Assembly (NCBI GenBank): GCA_964187785.1
Contig: OZ076409.1
Span: 44,642,001 to 44,706,000, forward strand
DNA from: Amphiscolops sp. MND2022
Lineage: Eukaryota
Reading direction: 5' to 3'
DNA length: 64,000 nucleotides
This document shows, one piece after another, positions 11,907 through 26,000 of the stretch. A program made the translations under genes and the position numbers. The notes beneath the pieces were generated by a model. It saw only the letters and a program-made list of their open reading frames with translations, was not told the origin of the DNA and did not search any database. Each line of letters begins with the position of its first letter. The stretch's first letter is position 1.

Positions 11907-14126
11907 GTGAGCGTATTCGTTTGTTCATGATTCTTTCAATTAACTATTTCCAAGTGTCCGGACTTCAATGCATCAATGAATTACTATGAGTCTACGGAAA
12001 TAAAAATCTGGATAAGCTATATGGGGAGAAAAAACTTTGATCCTCTTTTAAAATTAATTTTTGGCACTAAATTAACTGTTAGCGTTTGGTACCAATAATA
12101 TCAAAACCAGAATTTCTCGATATATTTTTTGGGGAGTCTTTTTTGAAACACATTATTTTGTTCCCAGCGCATAATCACGCTCGCTGGTCTTCTAGTTGGA
12201 CTTCTAATTCTCTCGGAAGCTTGTAGTTTGCAATATGAAATGCCATTTACAAGATTTATGTTAAGTTTTTTGTTTTAGTTATATAGTTTTCAGCGTTTTC
12301 TTTGATAATTTCCACATGGATACCTGCATACACCACAGCGTTGAAGAATTCGGCTTCCCTAGTATGTAGTTAAGCTTGATATCCGTTCGCCTCAAGCAAC
12401 TATCCTCGAAACACGGCTTTGCTTCTTTCCTAAATTATGTAACAAACATCTCAAGTCAGGTTGAAGTGTACAGCTTGAATGTACCACAAGTCTTACAGGA
12501 TAACGACGGCTGAAAATGCTGCAAAAGTGTGATGTACTTTTAGGTTATTTGGCAAAGTTGGTGTTTACTCAGTAGAAGGCCCTTTTGATTTCTTTAAAAA
12601 CTGTTCCCGGATAGACAGACGTCAGCGATGTAAATTTTCGAATCTGTCAAAACTGAGATAATCTCTTGGAGCCAATGTAACGTTTGAGTGGAAATATTCC
12701 AAGATACTACACTGTATGACTAAATGAGACGAAGTTTCAAACCCAGAAAGAGGTTTTGAGTACAACTGTTAATCGCAAAGAGTTGAAACTGGGCACAAAT
12801 ATACATGAGCACTTGGACTACCAGTCTACAACTTTAGCCCTGAGCTATTAGCATAGAAAGTGCCTTATGTCGACCATCAATGGGTGCGTCGGCCACGCTT
12901 AAGATAAATCGTATTATCGATGGAGTCGATGGCCTAGAGAATATTAGGCTTTTTGAGTACTATTTTGGAATCATAGGATGCGCGTAGAAGAGAGGCGGAA
13001 CCCATGAAAAAAAAGTTATGTAAATCCCTCACCAGTCGACATCACCATCATGAAACTTCGCCTAGGTTTTTACTAAGTAATCTGTAAGTAAAATACATGC
13101 AAGTCACAATTATCGGCTCAACACGCCAGGAGGACTAATTACTTAAAGTACGCGGTAGGGCAAAAAAGAGTCTCTAGACACTGGCTCGTAAAAACTCAAA
13201 CTAACCGGAATATTGAATGTTATCGATTTCAAGCACGATTGGAGATATATATGTAACCGATCCGGGGGTAACCGACCTAAAACATACAGAAATCATGTAA
13301 TTCGGAAACATTTACCAAGAGGACCCTATAACCCGGCAATGTTAGATGACACGGAAAAGCTTCAAGATCGCATACGGGCCTGTTCAAAATGTCGGTAGAA
13401 GACTCTTCATGTAAAAAGAATATGTAAATCTTGTGAGAAAAGGTGCTTGAGTGATACCCTTCCTTCGGAAGGTATCCGGATAGATGAATCATCATAGAAT
13501 GTGAACACCAGGCAAGCAAATGTGTTATATGTAATGGGCGGTGAAGAATGTCCAGTCGAAGTAGAACTATGCTTGATAAAAGCGTTCGTTATGACGCAAA
13601 TATATTTGCAAGCACTTGCAAAAACACAAGAAGCCGACTTCCAGTGATGCAAATGTGATGCGGGACGGAATGTGAGGATGAGGTAACCAGGAATACGCGC
13701 GATAGATGAATATACTGAGAGAGGAACCGAAATAAAATAAAATAGATACAATCGAGTTACAGATTTAGGATTCTCATGGAGGCATAGATTTTATAGTTCC
13801 GGGAGTTAAGGATTGACAATGGATATGCTCACAAGTCCAGGACTTGTAATTTAGTGCAGTTGGAGCTTCTTTAATATTGAGATGTGGTTCGTCTGGATTA
13901 AATAACTATTCTCTCTTAATATGAAATTGAGTTATTACAATTTCGTTTCTCAGTTGATGAACGTGATCCGATAGAGCAAACATTGGAGTGAATGTAATAG
14001 TAGTTGCAAAAGATTGGTTTACCCACCAAAACAACTTTTGTCTGGTTAGGAGTACGATTAGAGGTAAAAAAAAATTATCCACACCTCTAAATTGCGATTA
14101 TTTTATGAAAAACTCTCCTTTTTTAG

Positions 14127-14299
14127 CACCAACAATTCCTGTCACGTTTCAAGTCAACGCTGTAGAAAACCGGGAGGTGATTTTTGGCAATACGGACCCA
14201 GCCGGTGAATCCAGCAAAACAGACGTGTCAGTTGTTGCCGAATGTCTAACAAATGGATTGCCAAGCGAGGCACCTGATATCATCGTGAATACGTTGGAG
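14127..14299 (+). CDS. Host FN3 gene exon B (first half of domain); donor uncertain (14284 or 14299)
   Basis: Acceptor ttttttag|. PTIPVTFQVNAVENREVIFGNTDP...AECLTNG aligns by eye with exon H. Confidence 0.65.
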
Positions 14300-14772
14300 G
14301 CGGGGATCCTGAAAAAATAATGGCTTCAAAGTTTATTAGTAATGATGCCCAATACTTGAAATTCATTTTCGAACTCATCGACTGCTCAAAATGATCTCAG
14401 CAAAAATTATTGACAATTGGCGTGTTTCTGGATCATGTGATTTAAATGCAAAATGTTTTGACATACAGCTGTGGGACTTATTTTCTTAACCATTGACTAA
14501 TTGCCAAAAAAATATCTGGTAGACAAAATGGTATTGGCTCAAGAAATTATCTTGAAAGTCGTATTAAAGTGATTTTGTTGCTAGTTTTTTTTTAAAAAAA
14601 AAAGAACAAGAACGAAGTCTTAATTATGTATCTGACATATTCAGCGTCTCATATCAATAAATTTAGAAATTTACTTTTTTGGAAGTTAACCAAAGACTTT
14701 GGAAAGAGGAACATGTCGCTTAAAAAACTGTAGGAAATTGTTTTTGTTTCATTTTTCAATTGCCATTTACAG

Positions 14773-14980
14773 ATTTCCTGGGTGTAATTGATTTTTTGCG
14801 CGCCGTCATTGATTTTCGAGGATTCCTGCCTGAAGGAACAAGACGTAGAAGTTGTTCAGGCCGGGTGCAGATACCTCTTCGTGTACCTTCCTTACTGTGC
14901 AGAGTTAGATGAAGCTGGCACTTTAGTGAGAGCTTTCCAAGGCTCCGCTGATCTTGGAGGAGAACTAACACAGTGCACAA
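14773..14980 (+). CDS. Host FN3 gene exon C (second half of domain); acceptor uncertain
   Basis: EVVQAGCRYLFVYLPYC...ELTQCT|gtcagt. The best acceptor (14773) gives an in-frame TAA; alternatives are at 14821 and 14836. Confidence 0.65.
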
Positions 14981-15340
14981 GTCAGTAAAATAGAGAAACA
15001 AAAACAAGCTTTTGAGTGCAATTCAAATATCCGCGAGACTAAATGCCAATAAGTTTATCACTTCGAATCTTGAAACTCTGCTAATTAACATGCAGAACAA
15101 AAATTTGGCAAAAGATATATGGCTTTTCAAAGCTGTTAACACTTTTTGGATGATGAAAAATCTTCTAGATTTGCTGGAAGCAGGAATGTTAAGAATGAGG
15201 AAAACTAAATTGTAATGAATACCACTTTATTGCAATTAATAAATACAATTATTGTTGAAACAAATGTAAAAACACTAAAATCACAGAGCAAAGCCAGTAG
15301 ATATTTTTTATTATTATGAGTTTTTGGACGTCTGTTGCTG

Positions 15341-16121
15341 CCCGAGTTCACAACCCAGGGAAATCCATCGGTGGCCACCGATCTTCCACCAGTTACATCG
15401 GTGGCCGTAACAGTTTTTGCGGTGGCCACCGGTGGGTAATGGTGGCCACCGATGGGCTATAGGTGGGGATCGGTGGGCCACCGATGGACCATCGGTGGGC
15501 TACGGTGGGCCATCGGACGGCCCTGGATGAAAGGTCCCCAAAGGTTGGTTACCCTAGTTGAAACTGCGGAAAAATTTTACAAGCACAGGCAACATGCACT
15601 GATCATCTTCGATAACTTTTGGAAAGTCGTAACGAGCAAGATCATTAGTAAAGTCCTACAGAACGAAGATCTGAAACCTATGAAAAACACCGGAATAAGA
15701 TCTAAAGTCACCAAAAAAACATCGGAATAAGATCTAAAATGACTGGAAAAACATCAGAAAACGATGTAAAATCACCCAAAAAATCACTAGAGTAAGATCT
15801 AAACTCACTGGATAACCAGTGGAAAAGGATTTTCGGACACGATTTGTAACTGCAAACAGGGTTTACAGATACTTCAGAACCGGTCCTTATAATTTTCCGA
15901 TTTTGTTAGGCTTTGATGCATTAAGGTTGCGAATATCGTCTCAAGGCATTTCGTGTACCAACATTCAGTTGCTAGAAATGTTGAACGAAATTTTCACTTT
16001 TGAAATTTTCGAATTTTCCACCGATGGTCCATCGGTGGATCATCGGTGGCCACCGGTGGGAAAGCCTCCACGTAAGCTAATTTCCCCCCACCGATGGATT
16101 TCCCTGGGTTGTCAGTACGGG
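15341..16121. mobile_element. MITE with CCC..GGG termini and 2-bp TSD (tg), CMC/EnSpm-like
   Basis: caacccagggaaatccatcggtgg (15351) is inverted at 16088-16111. Many ccaccgatgg/ccatcggtgg subterminal repeats. tg on both flanks. Confidence 0.8.
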
Positions 16122-17986
16122 TGTCCATAGTTCTCTGTTAGACCGAAAAAACATGACACTTTTAAAGTTTATGGGTAGGAGTCTTTTAAAAATTTGTTCA
16201 ATTTAAACAAATGTAACCAGGTTTGTTAATATATTCATTTATCGTTGCAATAGTTGCAATAAACTATCGAAATAATTCATTTACACCTGCCAATAATTTA
16301 TCGTAGTGAATGAGTGAAATTCGATAATCGATTAATGAATGCCTAAATTTTTGACACTGCCAACAAACTGTGACCTAGAACTGTCCTGTTTTGTACAACG
16401 TCAGCAGATGCTGTTGCGGACTAGCACCAGCATTACCGCCTGCATGAGTTACACGCTCTCGATCTTATGTAGGAAGACTTTCAATCTTATGCACGACACT
16501 TCTCATATCCAACATAGCCAAGAGGTCTTTCAATGAAGTCAAGTAGTTTTTAACCCCAAGGTAAACGATTTTTCAAAGCACGTAGAGGGTTTGATCTTTT
16601 GAATTTCAAACGAGAATCTGTGGGATGCCCATTAGCGTCATACATTTGAAATTTGAATTTTGGGACTAAATATATTTTTTCAAAAACTGCATAGTTATTG
16701 TTGAGTTTTTTTTAAATCGACGACTTATTTTCCTGCTTATGGATTCCAGGCTTGGCAAATATTGAGTGGCAACTAAAATAATTGCCTCTAAATCCAACTT
16801 AATATATCTATTTAACCTCTATTTAGTATTGCAATAATTTGTTGACAACATATACAATAATTTCCACTAAATTTAGGGGCATATAGAAAGGTTGTTCATT
16901 GTCGCAGGCAATGTATTTAGAGACAACCGAAGGAAAATAGATCCTATTAATTTTGAAGAAACATTATTTTTGTGTTGTAATAAAAAATACAGGAACTGTA
17001 AAACTGTTACCGATGTTATTAATAACAACTGAATTGAAATTGAGATATTGAGATCTTTCTATTTTTTCTATTTTCTTGAGATATTGCAATTATTATTAAA
17101 ATTTGCATTAATTTATTTTAAAATTTCAATTTAGGGGAACTCGTTATTGTATACGTCCTGATGGATTCCATGGCAAGATTCTTACTAAGATCTTACTGAG
17201 AAGTATCATTAATTCAAGATGAAATCTTACTGAGATCGAAAAAATTCTAAGATTTCAAAACAGCGATCAAGAATTCTGAAAAGAGTTACATTCGTATAAT
17301 AATTCATTCTATTGCCGCTTTTTCACCGTAGATATTGGTCTGTAAAAATTCGAAATATCTGGAATAGGATTTGAAAAATCATCGCCGTACTTGGGAATTT
17401 TAGACCTTATTCCAGTGGCTTTAGATCTTGGTCCACGAGAATGAGAACAAATGTACAAATTTTGTGAACCTTTTCAGAGGTTTTCTGTATAAAATTGGAG
17501 AAAAGATCGTCGTTGTGGGGAAATTTAGATTTTATTCGAAAGGTTAAAGTCCTTATTCCAATGCCTTTAGATCTTTTCCAGTGAACTGAAGATGACGTAC
17601 AACATGTCCAATTCAATTATTGTGTACTTTTTAAGAAGTTCAGCCCACAATAATTGCAATTCTTAAAATGGACGTCCACGATCAACTTAATTGCAATTAT
17701 TCTACCACACAACAATTTTTTAAATATCCCTGGCTGGAAGGGCTAAATTTTTCAATCTTTCAGTCATGGTTACGAAGTATTTCACTGAATAAGGTAATTA
17801 GGAGAACTCAATGTCAAAAATTGGACTTAGGAAGTTTTCAAATACAGATTGAGTAAATTACAGAATACTCAATACTGTTATTGTCAAATATTCTCATATA
17901 TTCTGGTATAACTGCTTAAATATTGGTGAGAATATTCATAACTTTTTTTAAAAAATCTACTGGGTACAGGATACTTTCTGTTTCAG

Positions 17987-18058
17987 AGCCAACAACAACT
18001 ACAGGGCTCACAATGACTGAAACTGAGACTACCTTGACAATCAGTACAGTGACAACAG
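17987..18058 (+). CDS. Host FN3 gene exon D (72 bp, phase 1-1)
   Basis: tttcag|AG CCA...ACA G|gtaac, PTTTTGLTMTETETTLTISTVTT. Confidence 0.7.
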
Positions 18059-18302
18059 GTAACTTACTAACAGTCTCTTGTAAGCTTCCATTCTATGTCA
18101 CTGTTTCTTAGTTTGTTCAAAGGGATTAAAATTTTTCGTGTCTTTTTCTTATATTGTTCAAGAACACTATTTCATGTTTTTTGAAGATTTTTCATTAGGT
18201 GAAAACTTGAATTGACATCAATATTTAAGTAATGTTTTCGTATACTACATTTCGCAGGCTGCCGCACGCGATAAAAATTGGTATTCCATCTCATACAACT
18301 AC

Positions 18303-19729
18303 TGTAACACTCTCCCTGGGACAATCCCTCTCGACTAAGAAAGCCCGACAGGCCGTCCTGAAATAAAACTACAAAACTTTGAAACCAAAACTTTACTAAT
18401 TTATAGCAATCATTTGATCTTGCTGTTCTGAATAAATGTGTGTTTAGTGTTTTGTTACTTTATACATGTATTATTCATATATATGTAAAATAATTGGACA
18501 CCAAGGCGTACAGGCAAAGGAAACGTGTTCAAATGTTTCCTTGCTTGTCGCCGCGGACAACGGGTCCAATTAGGTTTTCAACCAATCAGAAGCGTCCATT
18601 CATTATTGCGGTCCTTTATTTAATTAAAGGCCTTGTACGGCCACGCGTTACAATTAAAGGTAATTGGACTTCCGGTCAGTTATTTGACTGAAATGAGAAT
18701 AATACTGAACAATAGGGGGATGAAATGATCGGACCTAACCATGAAATTCATTCACTGATGCAATATACATATATACATTGCAGCCCTTATGGCCTTGTTG
18801 CTATGAATTTTACATATAAATAGCATGTAATGGTTCAGCACTCATTAGGATTACATGTATGTACGTTGCTATGTTGACTTTACGTTTATGTAGACCGTAT
18901 GTCCACGTAAACAAATGTTGCCGCCTATGCTTTGATGTTAATACGTCATGCTACTACTTACAGTTTTTTTCTATTTTAGGTGAAGTAATTCTATTTTTAG
19001 TACCATGTCTTCTTGAAATGGAATGTCATCCTTCTCGGAGTATATATAGAGCATACCAGAAGGCTCTGACACAATTTGACTTATTAACCTGATTGTAAAA
19101 GTTGGAAGTTCTGAAATAACCAGTTTCGAGAAATGATTTAATATTACTCTCTCGTTCAATTTTAATGCCATCTACGAGAAGACAAAAGGAGAAAATTTGG
19201 TGAAGAAAGATGGACATCATGTCCGATTTTTAAAATATGGACGTTTTACTTGGAAGTGAGAATGCAATTACCATAGAAAGAGAATTAGCTAACACGATTA
19301 ATGGTTCAATTGGCAATAACTACCTCGAGTCTGATTTGCATATTAGGATAAATTCCTCTGATGTAAATGAAATCAGAAACTTTGGCCATTAAGATGATGG
19401 AATCCTAGGCAAGATGGAATCCATGCAAACCTTCTCAAATGAAAACAACATGAGACTCTCACAAGAAATGGATGCCATGATGTCCATGATGTTGTTGATT
19501 CATTCTCAGATAAATAGGGTCATTAGTTCAGCGATTTCTGAAATAGTAATTCCAGAGATTCTGAACATCATGAGTTCGTTATATTCAGGGAATAAGGACA
19601 CCGAGTCCCGTTCGTCATTGAACAATCAGGAGAACAATAGTGAATCAACTGGGTTGAAAACTAAATTTACAATAAAGGACTGTAGGTCTGTCTTTGACCT
19701 AAGAGACACGGAGGACCTTAGTCCTTACA
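18303..19729 (+). mobile_element. Solo LTR (1427 bp) carrying a decayed gag N-terminal coding segment
   Basis: TGTAA...TTACA termini with 4-bp TSD ctac (18299-18302 and 19730-19733). TATA-like ~19041. From ATG 19165, MPSTRRQK...DLSPY runs (with lesions) to the terminal CA. Confidence 0.85.
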
Positions 19730-21117
19730 CTACAGTTCTCACTAATTGAATTCAAATGTCTGTATACTCAAGTTCTCATTGATTGAACTCAAATTTCTCC
19801 CGCTCAATTTAAGTGGAAATATGAAAATGCCGGGATGTTTCAGGAAATTTTTCATATAGATCTGATATGCTGACCTTACCTTCACTTTTCAAAAAGTGTG
19901 AGATGGAAAAGACTTTTTGGTGATAAGGCCAAAAAACTTAGTATTTTTTTCAATTTCAACAATTACTGGTGTTGTATTCTAGATAAAAACGATTGTATAA
20001 TTAAATTTCTAGCAACACTTCTTTAACAACATAAATTGCAACACTGAAATACATTGTATATTTAAATCATCGACACTGTTAAAGTTTGTTTGTCAACTAC
20101 TTTCGACCGGATGAGTCTAATAATTTAATTAGATCAATTGAGTTTAGCAAATAACCTGAATATTACGCTTGAATTGCTACATGGACATTTGTGATTTTCA
20201 TGAAAATGGACCACGATTCTTATCCCCTCAAGCGGGGGATGTTAAGAAACATGTTAGCATGCAATGCTTCAAATACTATTATGTCGACTAATATGTTTCG
20301 GTCACCTAATATAATTATTCACATAATCCTATTTTTCACATTGATTCACAGTTAATTGTGGCTAATATTATTTTTTGGCCGAGAAAGTTTGCGTTGAAAT
20401 AGGGGCTTTTCTATACGATTTTGTCTTGTTTCAGGCCTGAATTTTCGCTGTTTTGGACAATAATATCAAAAAATTAGGGTAACTTTTTGCTGGGAGTGTC
20501 AAAACAACTATAGGGATTATCCATTTAGTAACCATTTGTAACCATATGAAATTCATTTATCCATGATGTACTTTTCAAGAATAAAATGCGCTTTCGTGTT
20601 GTGAGGGGGATCCGAAACAAGGTGGACCAGGAGGATGAGAAACATGGTCTATTAAAAGAATCTGCGGGTTTTGATAGCAATGCTTAACTTTATGGTTACG
20701 AGAAAGTGGCCCGAGTTTTGGTCTCGAGTTCTCAGCAGTTGCCTGCAGTGACTTGTTTCCAACGTTACACAATTTTTCTAGAGTAAAGTATTTTTGGCGG
20801 TCTAGAACATTATTTTCTTCAAAAGATTACAATGCGTTAGGCGATCTACGGCATTTCTACTCAATAGGACCCCTACGAAAAAAGACCCAGTTGCTCAATA
20901 GATTAATAACTTTTGAGAAGTTCCGAAGAGAGACGTTTCTGAAGTTTGGTTACCGAGCAAGTATCTTGATTCAACATCACATTTATACATCAGTAGTTAC
21001 AGTCAACTATATAGAATAAACCTCTTGTAAGAAGCAATTTCCAAAGAATGCTTCTTCTGCAAAGACTGGCATTGCTTGTCAACTCGGAGCCCATTACAAG
21101 TGTTTTCTATTTTCTAG

Positions 21118-21330
21118 AGTCTTCTGCCACTTACACCAACTACGAATACAGGTATAAGCCCTATAAGGCTACAGACACCAGCTACTCTTCGAACAGCGGC
21201 AAAAAGGACAAAACAAGCATTAGTGTGATCTCTAGCCTGAATGTAGGCACATGTTACAAGTTTGAAGTGTGGATCTGGTGCGAAAACGAAGAACAAACGG
21301 CCAGCAGATTCTCTTCTGACTATTGCACCA
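21118..21330 (+). CDS. Host FN3 gene exon E (second part of domain, phase 1-1)
   Basis: ttctag|...|gtgagt, 213 bp. YEYRYKP...SSLNVGTCYKFEVWIWC...DYCT carries the FN3 LxxGxxY tyrosine corner. Confidence 0.88.
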
Positions 21331-21397
21331 GTGAGTACATCTGGTATAGATATTTGAAAAAAAAATCATCAGAGAAAAAAATTGAATGAAAAACACA

Positions 21398-22070
21398 CCC
21401 GTACTGGCACTCCACCGCTAACCACCGGTGACCTTCTCCGAACCTCCGGCGGTCACCGGTAGATACACTTTCGGGCAGTTTTTTTTTCGTTTCCACCGGT
21501 GGAAAAGTTTTCGAAAAGAATACTCGAGTGCTAAAATCACGTGATTCGGTCATGCTTGACAGCGTAAATTTTGCATGTCATCAATTTTTAGATACATGCT
21601 TTTGAAATGCATGTTTTCTCTCGTTTTGAGCAATCATTAGACATTTCAGAGGCTTACATTAATGACCCAGGTAGAATTAAGGACGCTTTTTTGGCGTTTC
21701 CTGAAGCTGCTGGATAGGTTGAAGTTTTCAAAGTTTTGTGTTAGATTGACATGATTTCTATAAGAAATTGGCTCAGATTTGGAAGATCACATTTCACTTA
21801 CTATAAACCGCTATCCTGTTGAGTAAGATCTAAAATCACTGCATTTTGTTGGATTAAGGCCTGAAATAGTTTTTCTGATCGAATAAGATCTAAGACATAA
21901 TAATCTGGTGGGAGAAGAGCTGAAATCTGTGGACTGCGATTGGATTCCAACACGGACTTGATACAATTTTTTTTTACTGGGCTCACCGGTGGAGCCGTCG
22001 GTGGCCACAGGTGGATTAATGAATGTTCACCGGTGACCATCAGTGAAATTATCAGTGAACTACCGGTTTG
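21398..22070. mobile_element. Partial MITE of the CCCGTACTG family
   Basis: Starts cccgtactg and has caccggtg repeat clusters at both ends. Right TIR not found. Confidence 0.55.
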
Positions 22071-22332
22071 GTCAAATTGTATAGATGTAAGAATAGTTTT
22101 TCTTCGAGTTATCTGTCAACAAAATAATATCGTCATTTGTGTATGGAGGAGTTTATGTCAAAACTCAAATTTTCACAACTGGGTCTTTGGGCACAACTTT
22201 GGGCAGAAATTTGCTCCTAGATCATACATTAGTAGAAAATATGACTAGTTGAAAATGATATTAGCAAGCTACCAAGTTGTTTGAAAAAGTTCATTTTGAA
22301 GAAACACGAATTGAATGATGTTTGTTCAAGTA

Positions 22333-23062
22333 CCCGTACTGAGATCCCATCGCAGTTCATCGATGGCCATCGCAGTCCCATGGGGTCCATCGATGGCCAT
22401 CAATGGTCCATCGGTGGGCAGCGATGAGGTCTTTCTAACGATGATCCTACCGATGGGTCATCGATGGACCATCGATGACCCATCGATGGGAATCAAAATT
22501 TTCGGTCACAAAAATTCGTTTGACTTGGCCATGTTCAAAATTTCAACAAAACTCTCTCCATTTAGGTTTCTCAGTCTATTTAAGCTTTGTTTGGGATTTC
22601 GAGGATGCCCAAATATTTTATTCGGAAATGAAGTTAAACATAGTTATCCATATTATTTATCTTTGTGAAAAACCGGAATCTGTTGATTTCCCAAGGAAAA
22701 ACCGAATTTTTTGATACAAAAACGTATTTTAAGAGTCAAACTTCTGCATATTTCAGATCTTTTTTCTTCTTACAAGCAGATGGTTTTCTCAGCAATTGAA
22801 GCTCGATTCCGTCGCATTTTCATGCGAATAATTGCAATTTTGCCAGGTTTTTCATTTTTTTTCAAACAATTCAAGGGCAAGGCTCCGAAATAAGTGATTT
22901 TCAGGCTCGAAAAAGCTTACTCAGGCTCAAAAGGAAATGAGAGTAGGTTAAAATTAGATATAATTAACCCTAAAATGTTCCACAAGTGCCCCCATGCGCT
23001 GGGCGATAATTCAAATCTCATCGATGGCCCATCGATGGGATTGAATGGAGTCTCAGTACGGG
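22333..23062. mobile_element. MITE with CCCGTACTGAGA TIRs and 2-bp TSD (ta)
   Basis: ta-cccgtactgaga...tctcagtacggg-ta, with ccatcgatgg subterminal repeats. Confidence 0.85.
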
Positions 23063-23080
23063 TATTTTTTGAATACTTCT

Positions 23081-26000
23081 TATGCGCGAAAATGATTAAA
23101 TAGATTTACGAGATGAACAAACTTAAATAATCTTGAGTTACGTTTGTTATCATTGAAATTTTAAGTACTTTTAGACATAACGAACAACTTAAGAATTCCC
23201 AACGAGGGGGGTGTTAAGGAACGGGCTCACCGGGTGTATCGATCTTTTGAAGAGAGCAGAGTCGTGGAACTTCAATTGCGGCCATTAGTTTCGTCTCATC
23301 TCATTGAAAGTATTCACAAATAGTGAGCAATCAAACACGCCGATTCATTGAATAATCAAAAGTCATTGAAGTCAAATAGTCATTGATGAAGTTTCATTGA
23401 CTCTCCCGCCTCGTTTTCCGGTATAGGAAAACTCATTCATGTAGATGGGGCATATCTTTTGGGGAGTGATTATGATCTTTGTGTTGTTTGTTGTCGATTG
23501 TTGGGTGTGAGAGTCTTATATGATGAGGTGATGTGACTTAGCAGGTGAGCTGGTTTGTGTGTTCTTCCTTGATGTGTTTTGAGGTAGCAACTCCTGACTT
23601 CACCATCTGGACCTCGAATAGCTCGTTCTACCAAACCAATTGGCCATTGACCTCTCGGGCTATTGTTTTGGAGTATCTAGACCACATCTCCTTCTTTCAA
23701 TTGGTCAAAAGTCTTGTGCCATTTCGACCTCGTTTGTAGTGTTGGTAGGTATTCCTTTGAAGCCGTCTCCAAAACTGTTCTAAACATTCTCGACAATGCT
23801 TCCAGATGCGTTTTGTTTGTTTCGAGTTCACTGCTGCTATTTCGAGTGATAAAGGTGGTTGTAGTACATATCCAATTAAAAAATGACTAAAAAAAATAAA
23901 AAAATCTTTGCAGTCTGATGAAACTGAGCTGAGGGGACGACTGTTGAGTATTCCCTCCACCTGACATATTACGGTGTGGAAGCACTCATCATTGAGTCGT
24001 TTTGATCCGACAATGCTGTATAAATTTCGCTTGCTCATTCCTATCAGGCGTTTCCAAACATCACCTTGATGAGGAGTTCCAGGAGGGATGAATCTCCAGT
24101 CGATTGAACGAGCACTTACACGGCGTGCAAGGTCTTGAAGTATGTTAGCTGCTCCCTGAAAATTCGTTCCATTATCGCTGTATATGACTTCTGGGTTCCC
24201 TCTCCGGCTGCAAAAACGGTCAATTGCCATGAGACACTTTTCAGTGCTTAAATCCGTGACAGGTTCCAAATGAACGGCCATGACAACTAGGCAGGTGATG
24301 AGGCAAATGTATCTTTGTATCGGTTTCTTACCACTGAATACTTGGTATGGACCGCAATAATCGATACCAACGTTCTTGAAGACTGCTGGTTTTGCAGAAG
24401 CGAACGCTTGGCAAGTCCGCCATTTTTGGCTGGCTCGGCAGTTGACGTTGTTGACGGCACGTGTGGCAATTGAAGGTTATTTTCTTCAGAACAACTGTGG
24501 TTTTGCTGCTGAATTGCTGCTGTAAAATAGAACGTAATTGTTCAACTCCAATGTGTCTTTGTTTTTCGTGCTTGTGTTTGATGAACAGATACACAATAGG
24601 AAGGCGTGTATCCAAAATAAAAGGAGTTTTCGAGTTTTTTGAAACTGGTGCATTTTGTAATTGCTCCTTGAACGTAGCGTAATTGCGTCGTCAAGGAATA
24701 GGCCGAAGTTGATTTTTTGACTTTTTGGGCTGACACTTCGTCTTTGCTGTAGATCTTTTGTTTCTTTTGAGAAAACTTCTTCCGCTGACCGCTTCAAAAG
24801 AAAGTTTTATGCTGTTGTGTTGATTTCTGCGGCTGTCTGCTGAATGTTCTTTATTTTGTTACGAACTACGAAGATGACTCGAGTTGTTGATAAAATTTTT
24901 GTCCACGACGAAAATCTTGAATAGTCGATCAATCTGGGTTCCGAAATGCTATTGCAGTAAAACCTGGTTAAATTCGGTAAAGGCTCTGTGGGAATAGGTA
25001 TGCTGGTTGGCTGTGTTGGCCAGTGTTCCTCAGTCAGAAGAAGGAAAGGGGGACCCTTGATCCAAGAAGAATCTTGAATTTTACTGGCGGGCAGTCCTCT
25101 AGTTCCTTCGTCTACCGGGTTTTCTTTTGTCGAAACATCCCTCCCTTCCGTTTTTCGGCTGTGTTCAAAGATTTCGTAATGGCGGTTGGCAATGAACATT
25201 TTTTGCTGTTCCTTGTTTCCATTGTATATCCAACCCAAAACGCTCGTGCTGTCGCTCCAGTGTACTGTTTGATCTATTTGTAAAGTTAGTTCTTTGTTAA
25301 GTTTTTCTCTGAGACGGCTGGCATGAACCAAACCTTGAAGTTCCAGCTTGGGGATCGTATGTTGTTTTATGGGAGCTACACGTGTTTTTCCGAGGATGAA
25401 AACTAATCTTGTTTTTCCATAAACATCTGTGATTCGTATATAGGCAGATAATGCTGTTGCTACTTTTGAGGCATCGCAGAAAATGTGAACTTGGACGTTC
25501 CTGCTTAGTGTTGATCCGATGTATCGTGGAAATTTGAAGTCTGCAAGTTGTGGCATATCTCTCAATGTTCTTGTTAAGTTCTGCTCTGCTGCTTCTTCTA
25601 ATGGTTTATCCCACATTTGACCATTTTTCCAAATGTCTTGTAGTTGAATATTCATTGTGATTGTGAAGGTTGATAATAAACCAAAGGGGTCGAAAATTTT
25701 TGAGATTAGGCTTAACGCTTTCCGCTGAGTCCAGACTGTTCCTTCGAAACAATCAAACTTGGGTATCTGTATTCCAGTTGAGTCTTCGAAAGGGCTCCAC
25801 TTGATACCTAGAATTCTTTCAGTGTTTTCGTGATGAAATAGTTTTTCAATCGGTTTTGCTAAAAGATCCTGAGGCAATTTCTGACAAAGGTAATTTCATT
25901 GCTACACCATTTCGTCAATATGAAGGAACCTTTTAGTAGGATCTTCGAATACTGCTTCGAATACTGCTTCTGATGCTGCTGGAAATTCAGTCTCGTGGTC

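Noticed and set aside
13213..13700. CSKC..CKSC Cys cluster resembling a piggyBac C-terminal domain
   Set aside because: Stop-interrupted, with no catalytic region or TTAA/TIR ends found; too weak to call.
15420..15530. Repeats with variable spacing suggesting a CRISPR array
   Set aside because: Units are ~10 bp with no unique spacers and no cas genes; they are MITE subterminal repeats in eukaryotic DNA.
19113..19120. AATAAC instead of AATAAA in the sense solo LTR as a sign of selection
   Set aside because: Other AATAAA hexamers remain in the same LTR; a single change is uninformative.
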